Of a stretch of DNA of 64,000 bases, positions 1-14,200 are shown in pieces (position 1 is the first letter of the stretch; each line of letters starts with the position of its first letter). Under the pieces are notes generated by a model that saw nothing but the letters and a program-made list of their open reading frames with translations, searched no databases and had not been told where the DNA came from. Both the position numbers and the translations under genes were made by a program. This DNA is from Euprymna scolopes (lineage: Eukaryota), in NCBI GenBank assembly GCA_053919585.1, contig CM132807.1; one strand, written 5' to 3'.

Positions 1-1347
1 AAAATATCTTCTCAGATTTTTAAATCAAGCTGATAAATCGAAGTTTACTTCTGACCAATTTTCATATGTTATTGTTCTAGCATGTTATTGGTAGTATGAT
101 ATAATTGAATATGATATAGTAAAAAAAAATACTCTCTCCATCTCACATAACTGATAATGATTTTTTAAATAATTACTTAAAAATAAAAGTTCATATTTTC
201 AATTTTAGAATATACTATTTTACCTTATCACTAAAATGTTATTTCTTTTTCTATATAAGTTTAACAATGTGTAAATAAATAAAATTAAAAACTAATATTA
301 CTTCACTGCATCTCAAGCAATGTTGAGTAGGTACAGCTTGTCTATATAAATAAAATACAATGCATGTGTGTGTAATCGTCACCAGCTTCAAAAACTGCCT
401 GACAACCACATCAAGTGATTTCATAAATAACTTTTTTTTTTAACTAATGAGTCACAACTTATCCAAACAAAAAAACACTCAATTATAATTGTTTGTATTG
501 GTAGATAGATTGATAGTTTGAACACAACAATTTTTTCCCTTTCGTTAGAAACATCTCTTATGAATGTATTTCTGCATTAGCTGTTGTTTTCAGTTAGTGG
601 CATGTGAAGATTTTCAATCCTCTCATAATATTGATCATCGTTGAAATAGTTTTAAAAAAAGCGTAAAAATTAGTTACTTGTGAAATCTATTCTTAGGTGG
701 CTTCAATGATCATGAAAGATAGAGGATGAAAGGCACCATCCAGACCTCTACTAGAAATGTGCAGAGAGTACTGGAATTTTCGGAAGACTTATTGCCATTC
801 AAATTCGAGAGAAGGCCAATATCCTTATTTAGTGAGAAATCATGGTAAATGGCTATTGCGATAATGCAAAAATATTTGCAACAATTATCAAAAGTACCAG
901 AAAGTACTAAAAATGTCAAGTGACGTATTCAGACTTCAGGGAACATCACTTGTTATTAGCCGTGGGTAATAACTCCTGTGAGAACTTCCAGAAAATAGCA
1001 ATAATTAGCTGTCCCTAGCTGGCGCTGCCCAGTTGTGTATTTACTTATTATTTGTTTTGCTTTTCTTTTTTGAAATTATGCCAATTCTTTTTTTTTTTTT
1101 TTTCAAAAATATTTTGTTTCAATCAAAGGGAAGTAACATTGTATGGACGAATACAGAGTTATGTCCACATATTTTTTTCAATGGCAGCCATTTGAAAATA
1201 ATTACAACCCAGATAATTCTTTTTGACAACTTGCTGAAATGATTCACAAGTAAAACTTATACACCAGAATCAAATATTGATTTTGTAGGAAGAAATCTAT
1301 CAATGACAAGGAAACAATATATATTACTTAATAATAGAGTGACTTAC

Positions 1348-1554
1348 CACATCGAAGCAAAACAGAGGTCTTTTCGACTTTGGCTGGGGCACAGCAACGA
1401 CATTCACTTTGTATATTACCGGTAGAATCAACATTTGCTTCAGAGTGACAAGAACCACTGCAGGACATAAGGGCGACTGATTCTTTGGACACACAGCCGT
1501 TGACTTTTAGTATCACATTCTTGGTTACTGGTGAACACTTGTCCACAGGTGTCT
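1348..1554 (-). CDS. Exon: C-terminal cystine knot (CTCK), first part
   Basis: 207 nt, phase 1-1, aaacag|...|gtaagt. ETPVDKCSPV...GCVSKESVALMSCSGSCHSEANVDSTGNIQSECRCCAPAKVEKTSVLLRC has the CxGxC and CxCC motifs of mucin/VWF CTCK. Confidence 0.9.
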
Positions 1555-4500
1555 CTGTTTAAAAATAAAATAATTATCAGTTAAGAACAATATTAAATAT
1601 GAACTAGTTGAGGTACCCACTCATGCCAGGTGAAATCTGACAATAATCTTTAATAAAACCTGTTTGTTTTATTAATAGACATTTATCATTTATGAAAAAA
1701 ATAAGCACAAAATTTTATGTCATGGTATTTTTTGTAGATGAGGATTGATAATGTGTATTTGAATTATTTAGACTATCTTCTCATCGTATATGTTTCCGGT
1801 GATGTGCCTCTTTTTGAACTCAGGAATTATTATGTCAAACTTGGGCAACTATATGTGGCACAATGGAAAAAGATACTCAGTTACAATTGGTTCTAAGCAA
1901 CAGTATTCAGGAGGTCGATGGTTCAATTCTTATTACAGGTGATACTAACAAAGAATAAATGGAAATTTATTATAGCAGCACATGATCTTTTTTCGATCAG
2001 ATACTTATCTACCTGTAAGTTGTAGACGCTAGAACACGATGGCTGAGAGTAAATCATACTATTAATCATATCACTATTAGTTTTTAGGTATTTATTTTGA
2101 AACTTGCAGTGGCTCAAAACTGTACTTAGCATGAGTATACTAGTTGTGTATACCTGTCTCAATTTAGGTGATTGGAATCCCTCCTTATTATATTTGCAAC
2201 AGAAGCACAAATATAATAAAAAAAAAAATGATAGAGACCTTACATAATGACGCATGAAGTGCCCTTATTTAATCACCTAAAGATGGTGTCTCTGATCACC
2301 ATAACTTCAGAGGTGGTATCCAACCTATACAAAGCTTGCCTCAAATAAAGAAATTACTTTCAAAGAAAATTAGTTGTATTTCAGTCTATATAGTGTGTGG
2401 AAGATCTGGTTAGATTATTGAGTTTCTCAAGAAGATGTATTAACTTGTGTTGTGTTCAAGAAACTTTTTGGAGAGATTGATCTGCTAGAATGGTTATGTC
2501 AGATATAAGATGGATTGGAAACGAAATGGTGGTTTCGGTATTTTTATTACAAAGAGGTGGGCAGGTAAAGTGATTAGATTATTTTTATGATTATGTAAGT
2601 GAATCCTACTGATGAAGTTGTTTGGTGAGAAAATTTTTACAGCTTTATCTGTTTGTGCACCACAATGTACTTGCTGTGGCAGGAAATTTAAAAGGTTAAG
2701 TTGGAAAGACCCTTGGTGATTTTGACGGTGTGCGTGGAAAGTATAAATTTGATGATAGAAATAGAGAAAGAACTTTAGAATTTAGTTGTGCAATGGAAAT
2801 GTTGATTGAAAATATCCTTTTTTAAAAAAAAAAAAAGCCATCTTGTTACGATATTTCTGAATTTTTGAGATGAGGATTGGTTATTCATATTATTTAGATT
2901 CATCAGGCTACTGTTCTCACCTTGAGCGTCATTTTCACAACGTTTCGGTCGATATAACCTCCGACCTTCTTCAGGTGTATCTTGTCGAACTCGGAAATGT
3001 ATCACACTCAAGATGAAAACAGTAGTCCGATGAATCCAAATGAAACCATCTTGTTACTTATGAATCTAGTGCAACAAAGATTCAAGAAAATTATCTCTCG
3101 GTCAGGAAAAATGATAGAGACCTTTTAAATGATGTGAAATAAATACTTGAAGAAATAACATAGCATCAGTTATTTGCAATTTCTTACTGAAGAAAAACTC
3201 ATGAGGTAAGAGAATATTCTCAGAAGAAAAGTGTGGAGGTTAAATGAAGAAAATGTGAAACGCAACTTTAGAGAGTACGTTATGGAATGTTCGACTACCA
3301 AATGCACTACAGAAAGCATAGAATAGCAGTGGAAAACACTCAAGGATACAGTGCTGGATTGAACAGATCAGATGTGGGTGGACTGAAAGGGTCTTCCTAA
3401 AGCATAGGGTGACAATGAAAAAGTGTATCAAAGAAAAGCAAAAACGAAGGGATCCGTGGATAAAAGGTTTAGTGAATAAGAATATGTATCTGAAGGTAAA
3501 GAGAGAAGCAAGAAAATCAATCTATACTCCTATAAATTCGTTTTTCTTTTGTGTGTATTGATATTCACACTAAAAACCCTCTTTTCTATTTATTTAAAAA
3601 GAAAATACAATTTTCTTATATATGGGTTGTGGAATTGCATTTACTAGCAAAAGATCTAGCTAATTTTCATATTCTTTTAAACATTCATTTTAATTAATTC
3701 CCTATTAGTTTTTTCTGTTTTCATATGGGATAATCATCTTTAGTTAACTATTACGTGTAATTATATTCATGCAGTTATTCTACATGATTTATACTTGCAT
3801 AATATTTGTGTAAAAAGTTTACAGTAAACACAATTTTTTCCATGTATATTTATGTATACATATATATTTTTGTTTAATCTATAAAAGTGAACATGTCTCT
3901 GTGTGTACATTTTCCTACGCAATTTGTCAATTTTCAGTTTACAGACTCGAAGTTTGATATACAGGGTACTGAGATTTGGGAAAATCTTTGTAATGCGTGC
4001 TCGACCAGAAATTTGGCTGTTAAGGGGTATAAGTTCAACTATTTGACCTTTGAGAACTCTACCAAACTCCTCCGCCAATTTTGGGTCTAAACACTTGAAA
4101 TTTTAGATATAGGTTCTTTGGACATGGATCAAACTTAATAACTTGATTTGAGCCCAAAACAATAAGCTAAGCCCTTTTGGAATCAAGGTAGAAAAGGAGA
4201 CGAAACAATGTAGAAATCTAAAGGCATCGAATCCCTGATCATCGTCATCATCATAACCAGCTGGAATAATAAATATCATCATGTAATAAGAAAGCCTTTT
4301 GTCTTCATTTGTCATCAACCAAAAAGGTAATGTGTTTTATAATTTGTCTTGCAAGTGAACATTTATGAAACCCCCTTTCCAAAGTGTAACTGAATCACCC
4401 CTCCTCAATAATGTATCTATCCCGTATGTGTGTAAAAAAGAACAGTCCACTCTCACATCTATATCTCTTCTACTACAAGTAATGAACTCAACGTCATTAT

Positions 4501-6662
4501 CATTGTTGTCGCCATATACTCCGTTATATAAATGTCTTATCACCTGTTATATGTCTCCAATATGTACACCTGCTATGCAACACCTTTATAAATTTTCTTC
4601 AATTGTTCTAAAGATAGTTTTAGTAGAAAATTTCATTCCGGTAAATTCATCAGGAACAATGGCAAAAGAAAGAATCAGTGAGATAAGGTGCATTCAATAT
4701 GTAGCATGAAGGAGAGAGAGAAAGAGGGGGGAGGGTGTAAAAGAAAGATGTTACACTTTTTTTTTTTTTTAAACAATTCTGTTTTTACAGCACCTCAGAA
4801 ACACTGAGTAGCCGTGCCAGTTTTATTATATAAATAAAAAACATAGCTAATCGAACTGTACATTCAGAGAAACTACCAAAATTGTAAGTGATTTTGAATA
4901 CGTATCTGCTTACCTTGTGTGGATGTTGGTGTTAAAGGTATTCTGGTAGTTATTTCTGGTGTTCCTGTTAAGAGACAGAGTAAACATGTCTATATATGCA
5001 CAAAAACGTATATCTAACAATATAAATAATGACTGGAAAATCTTATGTGAAATAAGCATATTTAGTTCATATGACATTTCAGTACAATTGATAACTTCTT
5101 CAGTTATGTAACAGCCAAGAGAAAAAAAACCCACATTGAACAGAAATCCCTCACCATCTCTGAAACATTTTTTGTCAATGAATTAAAATTAAAATTTTGC
5201 CATGCAAAGGCAAAAAAAGTCAAAGAAAAAAGAAAGAGAAAGAGATGTATTGATGTGATGATTATTTCCTCTCACTATGCCTTAATCTTGTGTCAGTATA
5301 TTGAATCGACAAAACTTTTTGTCAACTTTTCTTCTTTTACTTTGTACTTTATCATTATTTCCCGGATATCTATTCATAGCTTATAAAATACATTGGCAGT
5401 TTAGTTGTTTCTTTGATTCTTACTCATAACTCATTTTCAATTTATAAGTTTCAATAGAAATTATAAAAAATCTGAAAAATTCTGAAAAAAAGGGGAGGTA
5501 GGACTTACTTGGATAACTTGTACTTGGGGGTGCAGTTGTTGCTGAAATGAAAACAAATATATTTAGATGCTAAACATTTAGTATGGCATAATCATGGTAG
5601 CATACCGGTACTGATTAGATTATTAAAGTTAAGCAAAATTAAGCCTAGTCAGTACAAGACGAGTGATGAGTAACTATTTACGAATGCTAGACACTATATT
5701 TTGAAGGATAACGACATCTTGCTAAAAACACTAACATTATATAATAATTATAATAATGTTACTATTTAGAAAACTTTTATTAACCGACCAGTATTTAGAT
5801 GACTCTAACCTTACACTAATCTCGTGTTAATATACTGAACTGAAAAACAGAAAAAAATCTGTAACCGAAAGTAATCTTTTATTATGTTTCAATATCTCTA
5901 TATATAGTTATTCCTTCGCCTATAATACCAAGGGAGATAATTCTGTATCCATACAAGCAAATGCTACTATCAATCAACAGCAGTTTTTTTTTTCAACGTG
6001 GTAAGGGCTGTTATAATGTGGTGGCATCAAAGCTACCTGACTAACAGAGTTAGTCAATATTCCCCAACTTTATATCCAGTTGCTTGACTTTGCTACTGTG
6101 GGTGTCAGTGGTATAAACCTGCAATTTTGCTATATATAGCTATGGCAAATAAGGAAAACTTCATATTGACAAGATAATGTTAAGGCATGGACTCTGTGAA
6201 GAAGTCCGATTCACTCAACAAAAAAAGAAAAAAAAACATCAACAAGAGCAGCATGTGAAGAAAAATAAGAGAATGATTGAAAGTTAAAAAAAAAAGATGG
6301 AAAAATGTTTATTTTGAATTATATGTATGTTTCGATGACATTTTGAGTCTATTATTATACTAAAGCTGAAGTAATTTTTGATCCCATCATACATTTTTTT
6401 AAATATTTTAATCACACACCATGCATGTTAAAGCATTCCTTGTTTTTAGGATTGAGTTATATTCAAAATAAATTTTAATTGTTCTAATTAGCTGTAATTT
6501 ACAATTAACTCACCATCTAACTTATAGAGTACCTATCACTCTTGTTCCATTGCTTTCTTTATTTATTAGTAGTTGAAGGTAATAAAAGAATACAAAGATT
6601 GGGACAGCCTATTATACACAAAAGAGGATTTTACCAAGTGTAGTGACCCTTAGTTATAGAAA

Positions 6663-6699
<37 letters not shown>

Positions 6700-8206
6700 G
6701 GTGGCGTATATAATGATTAGAAAGAGACTAATTTGAGATTTTGTCTTTTTATTATTCTATATTTAACTAGCTTTATAAAATGCTTTTTTGCTGATTGCAA
6801 CAATCTGTCCCAAACTCAACCAATGATCCAATGTGTCACATTTTTTCTAGTAAACTTGAAACTAGATACACAAATGAAAACAACTTTTGTTCTGTAAACG
6901 TTTGATAGATTGATTGAAAGATATATACACAAAATATTTGGTTTAGCTCAGATGTTTTTTGAAGATCCTCCACTAGATTGGCAAGTCGATTTTGCGTGCT
7001 GTTGAGACAAGAAAGAATGCTCTTTGTCAAACCTCCCAAGATGTGGCAGTAGTATTCTAAATTCAGACATATCTAAATTTTATATGAGTAGTAAATTGTA
7101 CCAGGAGTCAGGAAATTACGAGAGCGATAGAATGATCTAGTAAGCTTAATAAGAGATTGTAGATGATTGCTACATTTTAGATCTGCAATAAAAGTCAGAC
7201 TTAGGAGTTTATTAAAACATCCAACTTGGATAGTAACAGTATTGTGTCTTTATCTTCTATAAGCTCTAACAATGTCCTCCTGAATTCATTATTAACCATT
7301 ATTTGAAAATTCATCCAGTTTATTTGTTAAACTATTTACATTTGTGATATTTTTAATTTGATGAAGCAACTTTTCTTTTTTTTTTTTTTTTTACAAAAAT
7401 GCAAGTTTTCAAAAGTTTAAGATATTCTCTAGCATAAAACCATTTAAGCAAGTTAAAATATCTGAAGTGGTAAGTTTAACTTGTGTAGTGTTAAAACTTG
7501 TCTTCCTTGTACTAGTAGTTATAAGTTATTTTAGTTATAAGTTCCCTTTATTGTAGAATTATTCAAAGATAAAACGTAAGGATGAATTGAAGACCACATG
7601 CAGACTTTCATGTAATATATTATATTAATTAGTACTTATATTAGACGAAATATATTTGCATAAATAACTTACTTGGTAAATGGAAACAAGCGTCAATTTT
7701 AACCCAGATCTTATAATTCTCTGGATATTTTCCAGATTCAAGAATACTGGGTGATTCCAAAATGATCTTTACTGCTGTCGCCTTTTCACCATTATTAAAT
7801 CGGAATATTCCACCAACATTGCTGCCGCCAAAAACTTTGTGGAATTTTGTTGAGCCTGGACGTTGTACAAGTATCGTGGCTTTATTGACATTGCCTAAGA
7901 GTTCAAGCTTGTTCAGTTCAACTCCTTCAGGGTCATTAGTCAGTTTAATAGTGAGTGTTGGTTTCGGGTCAAATGGTTCAGTTGGAACTCGTACAATCCA
8001 TCCAGGTTTATTAGGTCGGACATCGCTTACAAGACATTCAGGTGTGTATGGTACTCCAGTAATGAATTCATCAGGGATGATGTTTATATCACTCATACCC
8101 TCAATAGACTCACAGCGAACTGCAAATTGAATAAGAGAACAAATATATTAAACATTTAGCAAGTTTCGATTTTTTTATATTTCTCATGAATATTAAAAAT
8201 CACATG

Positions 8207-8240
<34 letters not shown>

Positions 8241-11200
8241 CACGCACACATTTGTTTTAACAAAATTAATATAAAGTACTATTTCCTTGTTGAAAACATT
8301 TGAAAAATATTTAGCAATTTTATAATTAAACCACCAGATACTCATTACGGACTAAATATTCTGTTAGTTAATAATATTATGAATTAAACAAACAAAATAG
8401 TTTTCAATCATTTTTGTGTTCCTTAAAAATATTTAAATCAAGATATATATTGGTACTTTATGAACAAAAAAATATTTATATATTATTTTAATATTTCAAT
8501 TGAGGCTCCATAATTTGTGCATTGATTTTTTTTTTCTGGACTGTTATTTTTATCTTCATAGTTGTTGTTTTACTGCGTTTCATCACCACACAGAAGATAG
8601 AGACGTTGAGTCTCTACAGTTCCATGTAAGCATTGTCTGAAGATAGCGGTTTCAATCCTTCACAAAGCAGGCCAGAGGTGGTGAGACAACAACACCTATG
8701 GAAGGCAGTAATTACTTGGGATACAGGTACAAAACTCAGCATTCCTATCCCTTATCGTGGTTAACCACCTGAAGAAGACCAGAAGGTGAGTTGCTGAAGT
8801 GTGGTGGGACAACAACAACTATAAAGATGAGAATAACAGTCCACAAAAAAAAAAAAAAAATCAATACAAAAGAAAAAATATGCGCTTTAAATAAATAAAA
8901 ATGTATGTAAGGATATTTTATTTGAAAATATACAATACAAACTATCAATAAATCATGAGAAATAAAAAAAAAATGTTCTTAAATATAAATTCACTTACGT
9001 GGTGTGGTAGTTTTCTGAGTAGAGGTTATTGGAGATGCTGAAAAGGAATATATGGTAAAATTACAGTATTATAAGAGAAATTGTTTCAAACATTATTAGT
9101 TATACAAAGTCAAATACTACATAGTTCAGTATTTTTGAAATTTCTGGAAAATAATTTTATGATAGAGTTAAAAATTATATAATTAATTTTATTAAATAAT
9201 CTGCATTTCATAATATTTTCATCAATCTTTTCTTAATTCTATATTTATCAGTTAGTATATTTGTGTATTTATTATAGTTATAAGTATACTTATTTTTTAT
9301 ATACTATTAAAAATATCATGAAATCGAATTTCATTGATTACTGATATTTTTAAGCATCTAAGATTTATATATCTACATTTTTTATAAATTTTCGAAACAT
9401 CTACATTTTTATAAATAATTCATACATAATTTCTGTTATAGAAAAAAACATAAAAATAGGTCAAAAGCATTCTGATACAAAATCTACCTATGGACACTCC
9501 TGAATGTAATTATAGACACTTTGAATGTTATTAAAAAATATCGACATTTTTTATATATTTAAAAAAAAATCTACCTAGCAGTTTTCAGAGGCATTTCGAT
9601 ATAAAACCTATCTATGAACACTCCCAGACACGTAATGTACATTTGTGCGTAATTAAAAAACAAAAACAAATCGACCATTCAGTTTTCAGAGGCATTTCTG
9701 ATATAAAACCTATATAAGAACACTTCTAGGTACATAAAATACATTTGTGAGTAATTTAAAGAAAAAAACAAGCTCAGCAGTTTCGTTGCCCATAGCAAAC
9801 GAACTAACACACACGAATATAAATGTAAGTAGAGATAATGTTAAAACTTGTCTTCTTTGTACTAGAAGTTATAAGTTATTTTAGTTATAAGTTACTTTTA
9901 TTGTAGAATAATTCAATGATAAAATGTAAGAGGTAAGGAAGTGCTCCCTCTTTTAACTAAGATAAATATAGCATTAAGATATTTAATCACTAAACTAATA
10001 AACGCATGAATTGAAGACCACATGCAGACTTTCACTTAATATATTAATTGGTACTTGTATCAGACTATAAATATACTTGCATAAATAACTTACTTGGTAA
10101 ATGGAAACAAGCGTCGATTTTAACCCAGATCTTATAATTCTCTGGATATTCTCCAGATCCAAGAATACGGGGTGATTCCAAAATGATCTTTACTGCTGTC
10201 ACCTTTTCAGCATTATCAAGTTCAAATATTCCACTAATATTGCTGCCACCAACAATTTTGTGAAATTTTGCTGAGCCTGGAAGTTGTGCAAGTATCGTGG
10301 CTTTATTGACATTGCCCAAGAGTTCAATCTTGTTCAGTTCAACTCCTTCAGGGTCATTAGTCAGTTTAATAGTGAGTGTTGGTTTCGGGTCAAATGGTTC
10401 AGTTGGAACTCGTACAATCCATCCAGGTTTATTAGGTCGGACATCGCTTACAAGACATTCAGGTGTGTATGGTACTCCAGTAATGAATTCATCAGGGATG
10501 ATGTTTATATCACTCATGCCCTCAATAGACTCACAGCGAACTGCAATTTGAATAAGAGAAAAATATATTAAATATTTAGCAACTTTATAATTAAACAAAC
10601 AGAATAGACGTTACAGAACAGGTATTCTGATAGTTAATAATATTATGAATTCAACAACAAAACATTTTTGAATCTTTTTGTGTTTCCTTTACAAATGTTT
10701 AAATCAAGATATATATTGGTATTTTATAAACAAAAAAAATTGTTTCAAATAAAAATGTACACTCATGAGCAAAAAAAAAAAAAAAAAAAAATGTGCCAAG
10801 AGCGGAAGAAAGAAGAAATCGATTTTTCAATATTTTCCCATGAATTTTTGTTAATTTTGATTGAAAATTTTTATTTTGCAGATCATTATTATTATAGTAT
10901 ATAATAATAAGTGGAAAAATTAATCCTAAAAATGGTAAGACCGCATCTTGGCGAGGATATAAAAAACCGAATTGCAGGATTAAGGCAGTCGAAAATGACT
11001 TACAAGCAGATTTTTGATATTTTAAGAAAAGAAAATGTGAAAACATCTCTTTCTGCCGTGGTTTGAAGTTGGAAGCTCGGTAAAAACGAAATCTGAATCT
11101 TGTCGCCCTAGAACATCCACTTTGAAGGACGACAACAGGCTTAAATTAAGTGTTTTGAAGGATTGAAAGAAAACTTATGTTGACCATAGCAAAGAATTCA

Positions 11201-14200
11201 AAACAGGGGCTGGAAATTCTCTTTCTAGATATACAATATGCAGACAAATGAAAGAAATGGGATTTCCCTCTAAAAGGAGTGCAAAGAAGCCATTTTAATC
11301 TAAGAAGAACATCAATGATAGAAAAAGATTTTTCTCGTGATGGCAAGAAAGGTACAGACTGGTTCAGGAATGTTTTCTGGTCAGATTAATCAAGATTTTG
11401 TCTTGTTAGTGATGTTTCCGAATGGTGCATTCGAAGAACTGGAGAAAGATTTCCACCAAATTGCATAAAAACGACAGTTAAACTCAGGAATGGAGGGATA
11501 ATGGTATGGGGAACTTATTAGATGTGAGAAATCAATCAATGCAAAGGAATACATTCGAATGTTAGAAACAGGACTGTCACCAAATATCCAGAAGCTGGGA
11601 ATATCCAAGAACATTATTTTTCAACATGATAATGCTCCTGCACACACTGCTAAAGTCACAAAAAATGGTTTCTTGATAATTCAATTGATTTGATGTTTTG
11701 ACCAGGTCAAAGCCCAGAATTAAACCAAATCGAGAATATTTGGTCCATAATATCTCATACATTAGCTGGAAGAACTTTTTCAAACAATGACAAACTGTGA
11801 GAAGCTGTGCAAAGCGAATGGAATAGCATCTTCTGTTCACGGCGTTACACTTTGGTTGAGAGCATGTCTAAAAAGATTGATCTTTTAAAGAAATCAAAAG
11901 GGAATGCGATTCCATCCTAAGCATTTATTAAAGTAAATGTCTTGTTCTGTATTATTAGTCTTGTTTAAGTTTCCTTGTTCAATTTTTCTTTGTTCAATAT
12001 AGCTTTTAGTGCAATAAAATGTATAAAATTTGTTTGGCTCATTTATTTTGCTCACGAGTGTATGTTGTTGTATTAGTTAAGTCCCTTGAACAAATTGGAA
12101 ATTAGGAAGAGTTATTTCCCTTGTACGTTTTACTGTCAGAGCGACTTTTGTAAATAAAGCTGGTATTCTTTAGCTCTCGTTCTTTTCTTATCGATTCTTT
12201 ATCACAACCATCCTATTGGATTACCCCCCCCCCCCCTAAATGACATGGTATCAGAAGCCGGATTTCAAGGACATATTTTTTACCAAAATGAATCATATCG
12301 GAAATAATGGATAAGCATTGATATTTGTTTTTCCACACGAGTTAAAAAAAGATGTCCACATGCGTAGCCGCTAAACACGAAAAGTAAGATAATTATCTTA
12401 TACCAAATCAATATTGTTTAGCATGGCAACTGTGCTCAAAAATATAAAAGCAATATTTGAGGAACGAGGTGTACCAGAAATCTCAGACAATGTCCCACAG
12501 TTCCCAAGCAAGGAATTTACATTTTTTTTCCAGATCATACAACTTTCTACACAAGACATCATCTCCACACTACCCGAAATCTAATGAATTTGCCAAGAGG
12601 ATGGTCGGAATAGGCAAGAAAACACTGCTAAAGCCACAAGAAACTGGACAAGATAGTTATCTAGCAATGATAGCATATAGAGCCACACTCACGTCTGAAA
12701 ACATCAAATCTACAGTGGCTTTACTCAATGGCCGACTAATACGGACACCACTAGTATCTAAGTAGCAACTTGGTGATGAGCAGACAAGAACAGCACTGCA
12801 GCAATAGAAGGAGGGATCAAAAAACTTATGACAAGCAGCATAACAGACAAAACCCACCTTTACATGTGGGGCAGAAAATCTATGTCCAGCACGAGAAGAA
12901 AAAGCTGTGGGAGTCCGGTATCATTCAATATCCTGCCATAACACCAAGATCATACATAGTCAAGTCTCAAAGTGGCAACATCTGTATCGAATTCAACTTC
13001 AATTGTCACCAATGCTCGCAATAGTAACACAATAACCTTGTGACTGTAAACTACACTGTCCCCTCCTCTAACTCAAGCTTGCTTTTTATGCAGTTTTTCA
13101 CCGTCTCATTTGCATGTGTGCCCTCTGTTTTCTCATGATCTCGCAAGACCATAGTTTATAAAACACCAGGCGCCATCTTTTTTCTCTTTTCCCACCCAGC
13201 ACTTCCCTGCGGCAAGTCCACCCTTCCTCCGTCACGCCGCCACCACTCACATGCACATCCACACAATGCACAAATACATGGACGCTTACTACTCTGGTGA
13301 GTATTACACTCCCCCTGATCTGATGATCACACAGAGTGCACTGCAGGGTTGGTTTCCTAGTCCGCTTACTTCTGCGAAGGGGCACGTTCATAGGTTCTGG
13401 TTCTGATTCCGGTTCTGGTTCTGGCTCTGGTTTTGATTCTGATTCAGATTAAGATTCTGGTTCTGGTTTCGGGTCTGGTTCTGATTCTGTTTTCACTGCA
13501 TCAGATGAACTGTAATCATCACTCTCTGGTCTGTTGATTTTGTTCATCAGTAGCTGATAACTTGACGATTCATTGCTCTCCTCTGTAGTTGTATGATGCA
13601 CCTCAGAAGCCGGGCAAAGATCACGCACATGGCGCGGGGTTCAGTCAACTATGACCGACTGCTGGCTGATTACCCCAGAGATTTGTCCTCGCTTGAATTT
13701 GGTGGTGCACTGGTTTCCAGGTGGTCTCACCCAAACTGGATCCCCTATCTCATATTTGGCATGTCTTTTTCTGGTTGACTGGCTGTGCAGCATCAATTCC
13801 CTTTAGTCTAACACGATATCTGTATATGGCATTGGCCGGCACTGTTGTAGGTAATTTCCCATCCTTTGGCATGACGTTATACCAATACGTGGCCTCCATA
13901 ATGGTACATTGCTTTCTGGCAGCAATTCTCTTAATGCTATAATGGCTCCTCTCAGCAATGCCATTTCCTGATGGCACATGAGCGCATCACAGCCGTAGTT
14001 GGACGCCCCATTCATCTAACAGCTGCCAAACTTATTGGTCGCAAAAACCAGTATCGTTATCCGTCAAGATCTCTTCCGGCGCACCCCGCTCAAAAAAGAT
14101 GGATGACAAAATGCAAACACCACTTGCCGAGTCCTGTCTAATCATGTGTCGCCATACTGCAAAATGTGTGGGTCCACAATCGATAAGAGTTAGAAAGGGT

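Noticed and set aside
340-432. Minus-strand VIYEIT*CGCQA as the missing last CTCK exon (with TGA as readthrough or Sec)
   Set aside because: In-frame stop, A-rich acceptor with no pyrimidine tract, Cys spacing too short for CTCK and no final CxCxxC. The true last exon is more likely outside the window.
2280-4720. Assorted short ORFs and possible LINE remnants (also ~25380-26050, ~39200-39480)
   Set aside because: No recognisable motifs or consistent splice signals; cannot be classified without a repeat library search.
9470-9835. Short ~100-bp repeats with a Helitron-like 5' end on the minus strand
   Set aside because: No matching 3' hairpin/CTAG found; too decayed to call.
13392-13490. (GGTTCT/GATTCT)n hexamer repeat
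   Set aside because: Encodes the low-complexity Glu-Pro/Glu-Ser tail of the nested Gypsy integrase; not an independent feature.
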